NCBI GenBank assembly: GCA_030429145.1
Contig: JAUIDC010000001.1
Span: 660,001 to 692,000, forward strand
DNA: 32,000 bases
Reading direction: 5' to 3'
Source of the DNA: Candidatus Saccharimonadota bacterium
GTDB taxonomy: Bacteria > Patescibacteriota > Gracilibacteria > Absconditabacterales > Absconditicoccaceae
The translations under genes were made by a program, and so were the position numbers. The notes below the pieces were generated by a model. The model made no database searches. It saw nothing but the letters and a program-made list of their open reading frames with translations, and was not told where the DNA came from. Positions 9,376-20,223 of this stretch are shown here, piece after piece. Every line of letters begins with the position of its first letter. Within the stretch, counting starts at the first letter, position 1.

Positions 9376-11682
9376 ATGAAAAGGTATGTGATCAAATGAG
9401 TGACAGGAATATCATTGGGTGCTATTATGTTTACGGGCTTTTTGTTCGCAGATTCTCGAAATTTGCCAGGGGTAAACGTCGTGACGCGTGCAGAGTGGGG
9501 TGCTGATGAGACTATGAAATATGCATCTCGCCAAGAGTATCAAGAGATGGCAAGACTTGCAGAAGAACGTAGAAAGTATATGACAGAGATGGAACATGAG
9601 CATGCTGAAGAGGAGGCTCAAAAGTCTGCTACGGCGCGTGCGTATGCTTTAGAGAATTTTCCGAATGATATACTTCTCGATATGGTAGTTGATACTGAGA
9701 ATGGTCATAAGCTCTGGTGGAAAAAAGAGTATGTGTTCAATAAGACAAAGATACTTGTCCATCATACAGTAAATGATATGTCTAAATTGCAGTCGGAGTC
9801 TGATGTAAAGTCGCTTCTTCGTTCTGTCTATAGATTACACGCTGTCCAACATGGTTGGGGTGATATTGGTTACAATTTTGTCATTTCACCTGGAGGAGTG
9901 ATCTACGAGGGAAGAAGTGGGGGTGAGTGAGTCGTAGGTGCTCATGCTACGCGGAATAATCAGCCGAGTGTAGGTATTGCATTGATTGGTAATTTCCAGG
10001 TCGATCAGCCCACAGACGCTCAAATTGAGGCGTTGATTTCACTGAGTACTGCACTAGCAGCAAAGTATAAAATTGATCCTATGGTTCAGGTTGAATATCA
10101 TAAGAGCTCGTCGAGCTATCCATATGTAGCAACATTGACAAACTTTGCCATTGCTGGGCATAGGGACGTTGGTGCAACAGCTTGTCCAGGTGAGCAGCTT
10201 TATAAGCTTCTTCCAGCTATCCGTGACCGTATCACTTTACAGGTACCAAAATATCTTGCTCAGTATCCAAATGTAAAAGTTATCAACAAGCCAGTTGCTA
10301 CGGTGTCGAATACTACATCAAATATCTCTACATCTACTCCAACACTTCCAACCTCTACTACCGTCGTCAATAGTGTGACTAAAACACAGTTAACACTACC
10401 AGCAGCCTACGGACTTACTAATAATACCTATCTTGCGCGCACGCGCGCACCACATATGGGAACGACGCTGCCTCAGTGTAAGATTATTTCTGGAGAAGTA
10501 ACGCTTGCTGGTTGTATGTATCGCAATGGAGAACTTGTTGTAGGCATCAGAAAAAAGGGAAACAATACGAATCCATGAGTGATACGTGTTGAAGCAAAGT
10601 CTCGTCGCGTAGAGGTGCTATTTGATCTCCCTATAGCATGGGGTGGTAGTAATAATAGCGTTAGACCTTCTCTTCCGACAAGTTCGACTAATACTAATAG
10701 TAATACTTCAGTACAGCAGCCTACAGACCCCGTTCTGACTCAAAGAAGAGCTCAATTCCCCCTTACGATAGCAAATCCTATCACAAAAATTAGCTCACCA
10801 GTGTCTGTTTCACAAGTGCCAGCGCTGATGAAAAAAGATGTCTCAGTGCTTCTGTACAATGCTAGCATGCTCTCATCATCATGGACGTTTATCTGTTCAG
10901 GACAGTGTTCTCTGAGATGAACGCCGTTTGGGACGCTTTCTGTTTCGTTTCATGATGGGATGTTGACAGTGCAAAAATGACCGCTTTCGTGGAAAGAAGC
11001 AAGACTACAACTGGAAACTCAGGGAGATTCTACTATAGCTGTGCTTGATGGTTTGACCAAGAAACAGTATGGTATCTATAGGGGAGACATTACATTGGTA
11101 CCACAGAACATCAGAAAAATAGACGGTAATTATGTTAACCAATATGCTGTGGTAAATACGCTGCCGGTCGAACAATACTTGGCAGGTATGGCAGAGGCGT
11201 CAGATAGAGAGCCATTGGAAAAGACCAAGGTGTTAGCCCTTCTGACGAAGGCGTACGCTCTTTACTACATAGCCGGCAGCGGTCCACATCCTTCTATACC
11301 GAAGGATGCCGTATATCAGGCTATAGATGACCCTCGCTTCTTCCAGAAGTACGTAGGTGTCACTTGGGAGAGAGCATCAAAAAACTGGCCTATAGCAGTA
11401 GAGGCAACAAAAGACAAGTATATTGTCTACAACAATACTTTGCCTATCTTGCCGTATTTCCATTGTTCACCAGGCTTTACATGGTCGGCTCGTGAGAAGC
11501 GAGGACGAACAGACACACCATACCTCAAATCAGTTTTGGATGAGAGTGGTTGTACAAGCTTCGAATGACATGGTGTTGGTCTGAGCTGACAAGGAGCTAC
11601 AAAAAAGGCTGAGAATGGAGAAAAGGCGGAAGATATCTTGAAGTACTACTATGATGGTATAGAGCTGGTCACTATTAGGTAA
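9376..11682 (+). CDS. Secreted or membrane-anchored cell-wall hydrolase: N-acetylmuramoyl-L-alanine amidase (Amidase_2/PGRP type) fused to a SpoIID/LytB domain (768 aa)
   Basis: AGGAGGT lies directly upstream of the ATG at 9376, and the N-terminus has a hydrophobic signal/anchor. Four track ORFs (9400-9930, 9982-10578, 10579-10920, 11041-11568) share one frame and are joined by TGA (7 in total). Amidase_2 motifs: ILVHHT, WGDIGYNFVISPGGVIYEGR, GAHA..N..SVGIALIGNF, AGHRDVGATACPG. Ser/Thr-rich linkers follow. SpoIID motifs: YRGDITL, VNTLPVEQYLAGMAE, and the C-terminal [TGA]HGVGLS[TGA]QGA...ILKYYY. Stop is TAA at 11680. Confidence 0.85.
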
Positions 11683-11853
11683 AATGACACTATTATTACT
11701 ATGATGAGAGCCTTCCTAACTTACCCGTTAGAGAGGTTCTTTTATTCATAAGGGTTTTTCCTACCTATTTCGTGAAAATATTGCAAAAATGGCTGAAATC
11801 TCTATAATTGAATGCATTGGAAAATTGCATATTTGTGAATTTAATAATCCATT

Positions 11854-13068
11854 ATGAAGAAAATTCTGATGAATACCCAGCCATTTAAAGTGGCTGGTAT
11901 CGCAAGAGTAGTCAATAATATGGTGACAGACCCTCTTTTGCATGAACATTTTTCATTTGTGACAGTAGATCTTGAAGACACCAGTTGTGATGAGTCGACA
12001 TATAGATCTGTTGAAACAGCCTTTGGTAAGGAAGTTGTTGGTAATATTCCAAGGATACCAGCAGATGAGATGATACATTCCTCATATGATGAGCTTGTTC
12101 AACAGAACGACTATTATATTCAAGTTTATGAGAAGATTATAGCTGAGGAAGAGATAGATGCTGTAGTTGTAAATGGGACATATATTGTACCTCGATGTCT
12201 TCTGCAGGCTGCTAAGAGGGCAAATCTTCCTGTTATGACTTATTATCACGGTATTTTGACCAAAGAGATATCATTTAGTGACAAAAAAGACCTATTGCCG
12301 TTTTGTGAAATCCTAGAAAAAACATTTATATCAGATAGTGATAGCTTTATCTTCCCTTCAAATCTTACACATCGCCTTGTAGAGAAAAAATTTGGGGTAT
12401 TGCATCAACCTCATGTGGTCATTCCCAATGGGGTGCCAGAATCGTTTTTTGAGTATGGTGAGGATATGATACCATTAGGAGCAGAGAAGAAACAAGTAGG
12501 TTTTGTCATGTCCCGAAGCAAGGTAAAGAACAAAGACTTTGTCCTGTCTTTTGCAAAAGAGAATAAAGAAAAGTGAAATGTTGTCGACATTCATTTGATC
12601 TCTAGGCGCATAGGGGACAAAGATAAAAAGCTATTGGATAGCTATGGGGTAATCATACATAATGAGCGTGAACACTCTGATTTACCACATTTTTTCTCAT
12701 CTCTTGATATATTATTGAGTCCAAGTTACTTTGAGACATACGGAAATATCGTCCAAGAGTGTCTTGCATGTTGAGTACCTGTACTAGTAAGTGCTACTAT
12801 GGGAGTTTGTGAGATCCTAAGGAAGATTGGACTGGAGGGTATGATCTATGATTTTCATCATTACTCATTTCATTCTCTTGTGGAGGCTATAGATGAAGTA
12901 GTGAAAAATAATGAAACATCTTACACTAGACTCCTTTCAGATGAAGTAGCATTAGGTATAGTCAATAAAAAAAGAAAACAGTTTTTAGAGACTGCTTTCC
13001 ATGTTTCTAGATGGACCTTGTTAAAGTCTTTCTTTTATAGGTTAGTACCTTCATCACTAGTTAAATAG
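11854..13068 (+). CDS. Glycosyltransferase, GT-B fold (family 4-like), 404 aa
   Basis: Track ORFs 11854-12576 and 12799-13068 share a frame and are joined through TGA at 12574 and 12772. The C-terminal half has the GT4 signature ETYGNIVQECLAC[TGA=G]VPVLVS (family pattern E.fG....EA.A.G.PV). Stop is TAG. Confidence 0.75.
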
Positions 13069-13069
13069 C

Positions 13070-14095
13070 CTATGCCTTATCAGCCACTGGCTCAATATAC
13101 AATTTCTGAATAAGGACGATGATGATGGCGAGGAGTGGTGTCGCGAGGATTATGCCTATCCCGCCTGCGATGATACCCATGAATACCTGAAAGAGGATGA
13201 TATAGGCAGGTGGTAGGTTGACCATTTTTTGTTGGATGAGAGGAGTGATGAACTCGCCTTCGATATTCTGAATGACAACAAAGAGGATGATAACTCCTGC
13301 CGCGAGGGCTGGCGAGACAGTCAATGCAACGAGCGCCGCTGGAATGAGCGCAATCAATGGTCAAAAATTGGGAATGAAATTGAGTAATCCAGCAAGCAAG
13401 GCAAATAGTAATGCGAATGGTACGCCCATGATAGTGAGACCGATCCCTGTCGCGATAAAGACGATGATCATAGCGATGATCTGTCCAAGAATTCGTTTTC
13501 CAAGAGTATCGTAAAGATTGTACATGAGCTTGTTTATCTTTTCCCTCTTGCTCTGAGGGAACATTGCAAGAAATGTTTTTCTGTAGAGCATTGGCGTCGC
13601 AGTAAAGTAGATTGTCAGGATGAGCACAATGTAAAGATCTCCTAAAGCTCCAAAGGTTGATGAGAAGAAAGAGGTGATCGTGTCAGTAATTTTTTGCTCA
13701 TTGTCAGATCACTGGTTGACCAGTTGTTTACCCTGATAGAGAGCCCATTGACCAGCAGGAGTTTTGTTAAGCTCTTCAGTGATCGACTGTGAATAGCTTG
13801 GTAGTTCTCATTGAAAGTCTTTTGCCTGATTGCTAATTTTTGCTCCAGCACCTCGAATGAATCCACCTATGAGTGCAATGGTTCATACAATGACTATAAG
13901 AAGAGATAGTCGCTTTTTTATGCGAGTATGTTTTGCTAGTAGCTCAGCAAGTTTTCTGAAATAGACTGATACCAATATGGCTGCAAATACAAGAAGAAGT
14001 AAGCGAAAAGCTTCTTGTAGTCCTAGAAAGAGGATGACACCTGTGAGAATAACAACCGCAACAATAAGCGTTTTTTGTGTAAAGTTTTTTTCCAT
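13070..14095 (-). CDS. AI-2E family transporter (PerM/UPF0118), 341 aa
   Basis: ORFs 13883-14095, 13361-13627 and 13070-13357 share a frame and are joined by TGA at 13883, 13808, 13709 and 13358. The protein is polytopic and carries the family motif LNFIPNF[TGA=G]PLIALIPA and then IQNIEGEFITP. Stop is TAG at 13070. Confidence 0.85.
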
Positions 14096-14214
14096 CTGTT
14101 TTTGAAATAATAAAATGCTCTTTGTCTGAAGTGTAAAAAAGTAAAAGCAAACTGCAAACTATAATAACAATAAGGGCTCGAAATTTTATCTTATTTCATT
14201 ATACTCTCCATACT

Positions 14215-16050
14215 ATGAAAAACATCGTGGAACTTTTGGATACCATCGCAACTATACCTCACAAAGATGCTCTTAATGTGCTCAAGCGTACTAAGAGAGA
14301 CTTTGCGAAGAAGTATAATATTTCTGATATTCCAAGCAATGTTGATCTCTTGAAACAGTATCGTCAACTTGTGTCTACTGGTGTCTACTCTAAGAGTGAA
14401 CGTGTAGAACAACTTCTTAAGAAAAGAGGAGTGCGTTCTGAGTCAGGTATAGTGCCAATACAAGTTCTTACAAAACCTTTTTGGTGTCCTGGTGAGTGTA
14501 TCTTCTGCCCCAATGATGCTACCATGCCAAAGAGTTATATCAATACCGAACCAGGAGCGATGCGTGCATTGCTCAATCAGTTCGACCCGTATAAACAGAC
14601 CTACAATAGATTACTTTCTTTGCATATGACAGGTCATGAGACTGATAAGATAGAGATGATCGTTCTTGGGGGTACGTGGGATGTCTATCCAAATGGGTAT
14701 AAGAGAGATTTCTTGAAATGATTGTATGATGCATGTAATACTTTTGACCAGTTTCTCGAGCAGTATGAACAACACAATATTCGTTGTGGTAAGTATAACC
14801 TTGCGGACCTTGGGATAGACTATCCGAAAACGATAGATGAGTCGATGTTGATCAATGAGACAGCTAATCATCGCATGATCTGATTGACGATTGAGACGAG
14901 ACCTGAATATATGACAGATGAGAACTGTCAGATGTGGCGTAGCCGAGGAGTGACTCGTCTGGAGATGGGACTACAATCTATGTTCGATGATGTGCTGGAT
15001 GCAAACAAGCGTGGGCACTCTGTCCAGCAAGCGAGAGAGGCGGTACATAAGATGCGCCAGTATGGGTTTAAGTTCTCTATCCACTTCATGCCAGGACTTT
15101 ATGGATCGACGGTAGAGAAAGACATTGAGTCATTTAGGCTCGCCTATGAAGATCCGTATATTAAACCTGATGAGATTAAATTCTATCCGACGGCGGTTAT
15201 CCCGAATACGGAGCTCTATGAGCTTTATCGTAAAGGAAACTACAAACCGTTGGAGACAGAGGATATTATTCATATCATCCGTAAAGTGCAGGGGGATATT
15301 ATTCCGCCTTATACGAGAATCAAACGTTTGATTCGTGATATTCCTTCGACTGAAATTGTTGCAGGAAGTAATATTACGAACTTGAGACAGATCACTGAAA
15401 ATAAGATGCAAGAAGAGTTAAATGGAGATGAAGGTAAGAGAAAAAAGTTGTATGGGAGACTCTATGACCAATCCCAAGTTTTTGTTTCATTGACCGAGCG
15501 ATTACAGGCAAAACATGCTGATGAGGAGGTCGCTATCATCTGACAACAGCCTGATGCGATTTCTATGAGAAACTTTGTTGCGCTTGATACCAGAGCAAGA
15601 GAGATTCGTAACAGGAAAGATAAGCCTGAGCAAGAGAGTGCTAACCTAGTTGTTAGAAAATACCAATCATCTGTAGGAGATGAGTATTTTATCTCTTATG
15701 AGGATGAGCTTGGGTATCTGTATGGGTTTACGAGGCTCCTTCTTCCGAGAGACGAGCACGCATTTGAGTGGGAGTGACTGGGAAAACATACAGCACTCAT
15801 CAGAGAGTTGCACGTCTATGGTCAAATGGCGTCGCTTCGCGACGAATGAAAAATTGAAAATTGAAAATCTAAACACCCACACCAACAGCACAAGGGTTTT
15901 GGTTCAAGACTTATGGAGGCAGCAGAACAAATAGCCAAGCATTATGACTACCAAAAGATCTCAGTTATTTCTTGAATCTGAGTCAGAGAGTATTATAAGA
16001 AAATAGGTTATCAGAAAGAATGAACGTATATGGTTAAATCATTATCATAA
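14215..16050 (+). CDS. elp3: Elp3-family radical-SAM / GNAT acetyltransferase (tRNA U34 carboxymethyl-type modification enzyme), 611 aa
   Basis: ORFs 14215-14721, 14884-15543 and 15565-15777 plus the tail to 16050 share one frame and are joined by about 10 TGA. Radical-SAM cluster: KPFWCPGECIFCP (CX3CX2C). Also present: IETRPEY, GVTRLEMGLQS, and the GNAT motifs RELHVYG and QHKGFGSRLMEAAE. The C-terminus reads VIS[TGA]I[TGA]VREYYKKIGYQKE[TGA]TYMVK, matching the Elp3 pattern VISGIGTRxYYxKLGYxxxGxYMxK. Confidence 0.88.
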
Positions 16051-16241
16051 TGTTTGTATTCATCAAAGATTTTTTCATCTATCCGTTTGTGTCGGCAAGA
16101 GAATCGAATAGGTTCTATCAGTTTTTGCAGTTTCTTGGGAAGGACTATCCAGCTTACTTTTGGGCGAAGCCATCGTTTTGGCGCGTGATAGTGTTGCCGT
16201 TTTTGGCGATTCGTGTGATGATAAAAGGGAACGAGAAATAG
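16050..16241 (+). CDS. Possible small aromatic-rich protein (63 aa)
   Basis: Its ATG overlaps the elp3 stop (TAATG). The sequence is MFVFIKDFFIYPFVSARESNRFYQFLQFLGKDYPAYFWAKPSFWRVIVLPFLAIRVMIKGNEK, ending in TAG. I see no recognisable homology. It fills a 227-bp gap that is otherwise unexplained. Confidence 0.25.
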   Translation: MFVFIKDFFIYPFVSARESNRFYQFLQFLGKDYPAYFWAKPSFWRVIVLPFLAIRVMIKGNEK

Positions 16242-16277
16242 CTTTTTTTTGGATGTAGTTTTTGTATTATAGGAGGT

Positions 16278-17183
16278 ATGATAGTAGGAAATCAGTCGGT
16301 GCAGGAGATGATGCATGCGTTTATAGAGAAAATTAAGTCAGCAAAAGCTGTGTCTGCACCTTTTGTGATTTTTCATGGGCCTGAACATGTGGGAAAGAGT
16401 ACTTTGGCTCTTGAACTTGCGCAGGAACTTGTGTGACCTTTTGGTCAGAGCGACATTTTGCACATCAAGGATTTATCTCATGTTACTGGCAAGAAGCATA
16501 CGCTGAAAGTCGAGGCGGGAGATGATATTGAGCTAGATAATGGTTCAAAATATGAAGACCTTGGAGCAAGAGAGATTCGCGAATGGATGGCAAAATCAGC
16601 GATCGGCGAATATAAGGTACTGATATTGGAAAACATTGAACGTATGACCGCAAGTGCTGCGAATGCGTTTTTGAAGTACTTTGAGGAGCCATATCCGAGA
16701 ACGTTGATTATTGCAACAACAAGAAATAAAGGGGAACTCCTAGATACTATTGTCTCTCGTGCATTGCTTATCGCATTTAACTATGTGAAGGACAATGAAG
16801 TAGACAAGCTTTTTGAGAAGAAGTATCCGGAAATACCAGAGACAAAACGCCAGGCATTGGTTGATCTTGCTGGATGAAGTCCTGGGTTTGTCATTACATT
16901 GATGGGCAAAGACAAAGAGATGATCACTGATCTGCAGGATAGTATTTTACGTTTCGTCTCTCTCCACCAGCAGGGTGCGAGCCTCGTGAATGTGTTCCGC
17001 TTGTTGACAGAGATGAATGGGAAGTGATATATTGGTGTGTTTCTCGACACGTTACTGTATCACTATGAGCGTGAGGGAAACTATAAGATGATTAATGAGT
17101 TGATCCTGACGAGAAAGAGGATAGATGCAAATGTGTCTGTCGAGAATGTGCTTTTTAATTTCGCCTTGCATAACGTCGAGTAG
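16278..17183 (+). CDS. holB: DNA polymerase III delta-prime subunit (clamp-loader AAA+), 301 aa
   Basis: AGGAGGT precedes the ATG at 16278. Features: degenerate P-loop FHGPEHVGKSTLA, KVLILENIERMTASAANAFLKYFEEP, an SRA/sensor motif IVSRAL, and LAG[TGA=G]SPG. TGA at 16431, 16875 and 17025. Stop is TAG. Confidence 0.8.
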
Positions 17184-17185
17184 CT

Positions 17186-17671
17186 ATGTTGCCAAAATAT
17201 CAGAAACTCAGTTGAAAGGATGTACGTTTTCTGCTCCGTAAGAGAGGAATGATCTACGGTAAAGGGATGGTGTTTGTCGTCTATCCGCAATATGAAGACA
17301 GAAAATATCACCAGTGGAGTGTCCAAGTGTCGGTGAAGATAGCGAAGTCTTCTGTCAAAAGAAACCTTATCAAAAGGCTTTTTCTTGCGCAGTTGGCAAA
17401 AGATCTACCCGTTGGTGAACCTATCTGTGGAGGCTACTTTAAGATATTTGTCTACTTCCATAAAGACCTCCCTTCAGAGCTGACAAACATCCTTGCAAAT
17501 CCAGAAAAAAATGCTATAAACAGCCAAATACTTACTCATTTTCATGAGCACTTTATCTTATTTCCATCCCTTCTATGCCGTTATCTAGAATCATCAAAAA
17601 TATCGGGCACGCCATCAAGAAAAAGACCTCACGCATCAAGACAGCCAAGAGGAAAGAGCTTGAAGAAATAG
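17186..17671 (+). CDS. rnpA: Ribonuclease P protein component
   Basis: The ATG lies 2 nt after the holB stop. The sequence MLPKYQKLS[TGA]KDVRFLLRKRG...WSVQVSVKIAKSSVKRNLIKRLFLAQL carries the RnpA RNR-like motif (KK..AV.RN..KR). The last 30 or so codons overlap the next gene and may not be genuine. Confidence 0.7.
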
Positions 17672-18870
17672 AGCGCCTGTATAGTGAACTTGAGCAGAAA
17701 GATGTAGAGCTGGAACACGCTAAGGCACATGGTCACAGACAAAAGCGAGATACCAATAGTATTTTCAAGTTTTGGATTATCGGAGCATTTATTGTCTACT
17801 TGTCGTATCTTGCGTTTCAGACGCTGGATATTATCTACCTCGTTGGGGCAGCATTTATCTTCTCTATGGTGATGGATGCGCCGATAAACTATTTTTCAAA
17901 GCGTATGCCAAGAGGGCTATCACTCTTTTTGGCCTACTTTATCATGATCATCATCATTGCAGGGTTGCTCTTTATCGTCCTGCCGTTCATTTTCAATCAG
18001 ATAGGTGGAATCGTCACATTGGCTATCAATAAGATCAATCAGTTTAAACAGGCATTAGATTCTACTGGTCTCATAGGTATCGTTAATGATGCAGTATGGC
18101 TGCCGGCAGCCTTGAAAGACTATCTCTTACAAAGTCTTCGTGATCCAGCATTTCAGTCACAGGTCGTGTCAGGTCTTCAGCAAAATATCTCATCTTTGGT
18201 TTCACAGGGTACAAATTTTGCAACTAATATCGGTGGCTTTGCTGTCAATATCGTTACAGGTGTCTTTTCAACGATTGTACAGATTGGTCTTGTATTGACA
18301 CTTTCAGTACTGTTCTCTGTAGAAAAGAATAATGTGATCAACTTTATCTCACGTTTGGCATGAAGTCGTAGTTCGTCTACCTATGTGAAACTTCAACGTC
18401 TCTATGCAAAGCTTGGGTTTTGGCTCAAAGGACAGCTCATCGTATCAGGCTACATTGCCTTGATGGTCTTCCTTCTTCTGAATATCGTTGGACTATTTGG
18501 TATCAAGATACCGAGTACTGGATCGCTTGCACTGATAGCAGGTATGACGAATATCTTTCCGTACATTTGACCGATCCTGGGCTCAATACCTGCGCTACTA
18601 GTTGCTGCTCTTGCACTTGGTTGGCCAGGAATCATAGCAGTGCTTATTATATTTAGTATCACACAGTGGACAGAAAATAATATCCTTACGCCGATAGTGA
18701 TGAATAAGACATTAGGAGTAAGTCCGTTGGTTGTGCTTCTATGTATGATTATTGGTTGATTGGTATTTGGTTTTATTGGTGTGCTTTTTGCAGTACCTAT
18801 TGCAGTTGTCGTCAGTGTACTTGCTGATAGTGAAAAGAAAGAAGAGCAGCATAAATCAAAAAAATCATAA
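17575..18870 (+). CDS. AI-2E family transporter (second paralog), 431 aa, with a roughly 65-aa charged N-terminal extension
   Basis: ORFs 17575-18363 and 18385-18570 plus the tail share a frame and are joined by TGA at 18361, 18568 and 18757. Family motif: TNIFPYI[TGA=G]PILGSIPA, then TQWTENNILTP. Stop is TAA at 18868. Confidence 0.82.
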
Positions 18871-18900
18871 AGTTTATAAAGTTCATAAAATATTTTCTTG

Positions 18901-19740
18901 ATGAAAATCGGTATAGTGACATCATGAGTAGATATGTTGATATTGTTTCGTTTTCTAGCGAACTATAATTTTGAGTATGAGATAGTATATGATGATTTGG
19001 GTCGGCCGTGGGCTGATAAACCTGTTGAGTTTGGTATGGAACGTGCGAAGCAGGCTGTTGCATATTTACAGAAGCAAGGAGTAGAGAAAATCATCCTTCC
19101 TCCCGTCTTAGAATTGGCTTTGCACCATGAGAAAAAATATGCAGATGTCGTTTTACCCTTGCGACAGGGCTATGCCGAGAAAGCTCTAGCAAAGTCACCC
19201 GTAGGGAAGATTGGATTTGCAGGAGAGTATGCTGATATCCAGCAAAAAGAACTCTTTGAGACCTTCTGTCAAAGTTATCAACCAAATGAGACCCAGCTCC
19301 AAAGAGCAGCGGAACTCGCACAGAAAAGAAAAGGGCACAAGCGAGGAGTCTCTTTTTGGCGAAAAGAAATTTTTATGTGGAAGTACTATCTGACGAAGCT
19401 TTCATTTAAAAGTTGGCAGATACATCATGCCATGAAGGCTGACTGGAAGTATTTTAAAGATGCTGGAGTTGATACAATTATCCCTGTCAGTTATGGCTTT
19501 TTCACTTATGAGGTGCCTCTTGGGAAGTTTCTCAACACAAAAAAGCAGAGATTTCATAGACTTGCACTTGTAGAGGAGCAGTTTCATGCACTAACAAAAA
19601 ATCTTTCACAAACCTCATATGGCGTACATATTGCCTATACCGGAACCCTCGATCATCTTACTCGCGAGAAAAAACGAATGTGGATGCTCCAGAAAGGAAA
19701 GGACATTTCAATCAGCTCTGAAAAGATTAGCTTATTATAA
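18901..19740 (+). CDS. Glutamate-racemase (Asp/Glu racemase fold)-like protein lacking both catalytic cysteines, 279 aa
   Basis: MKIGIVTS[TGA=G]VDMLILFRFL...EIVYDDLGRPWADK parallels MurI (IGvFDSGvGGLtV...iiYfGDtarvPYG). The ACNTA position reads LPPVLELA and the GCTHYP position reads IPVSYGFF. Confidence 0.45.
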
Positions 19741-19746
19741 TAGATA

Positions 19747-20223
19747 ATGACATTGGATCTGTGTTCTAAATCTCCATTACAAAAGGGTATGCCGACTGAA
19801 ATGTTGGAGATTATTGATATATTGAAGGGCTGTAAAAGTCAGGAAGATTGCCTGCGCATGGTATATGACATTTTAACTAAGCGTTTTGCTGGTGACAGAT
19901 TGAAGACTGTTACCCATATTGCTTCACTTTTTGTTAAAGATATTTCTGTCTTGTGGACAAAAAAGTTCCTGCACTGTACCAATAGCAATTACATTTTAAG
20001 ACATCTTTTGATTGCCAGTGGACATTTTGTGGAGAAAGATATCCAACTAAAGTGGACATTTATTCGATATTTGTCTCCTCATCAATATGTACGTGTTTTA
20101 CTACAAGGGAATCGAATAGATGTTGATATTCGGGCAAGTGCATATGGCATTCCTTTCGGGGACCATGCTCATTGATTTCATTGAACTCTTTTTCGTAAAG
20201 AATGAAAAACATTGTCGTCTTAG
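19747..20223 (+). CDS. Transglutaminase-like cysteine-protease-fold protein
   Basis: The core FLHCTNSNYILRHLLIASG (C in a G/HCxxF-like context), a downstream His (SPHQYVRV) and an Asp (IDVDI) resemble the transglutaminase-core Cys-His-Asp arrangement. After the TGA at 20173, the table-25 model runs 16 more codons to TAG at 20221 and overlaps the next gene. Confidence 0.4.

Noticed and set aside
13642-13866. The 74-aa minus-strand ORF in a different frame from the flanking AI-2E fragments, which could suggest a frameshift.
   Set aside because: Translating the transporter frame through this interval gives uninterrupted, family-like sequence with only three TGA. The out-of-frame ORF is spurious.
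15841-15880. The TGAAAAT-type triple repeat inside elp3, as a possible slippery or recoding site.
   Set aside because: It translates in frame as EGKIENGKS, in a variable loop between the two GNAT motifs. The downstream frame is unchanged.
16011-16316. The basic 101-aa minus-strand ORF spanning the elp3-holB spacer.
   Set aside because: It overlaps the ends of both flanking genes and the holB ribosome-binding site. Its His/Lys/Arg-rich composition is typical of antisense AT-rich sequence.
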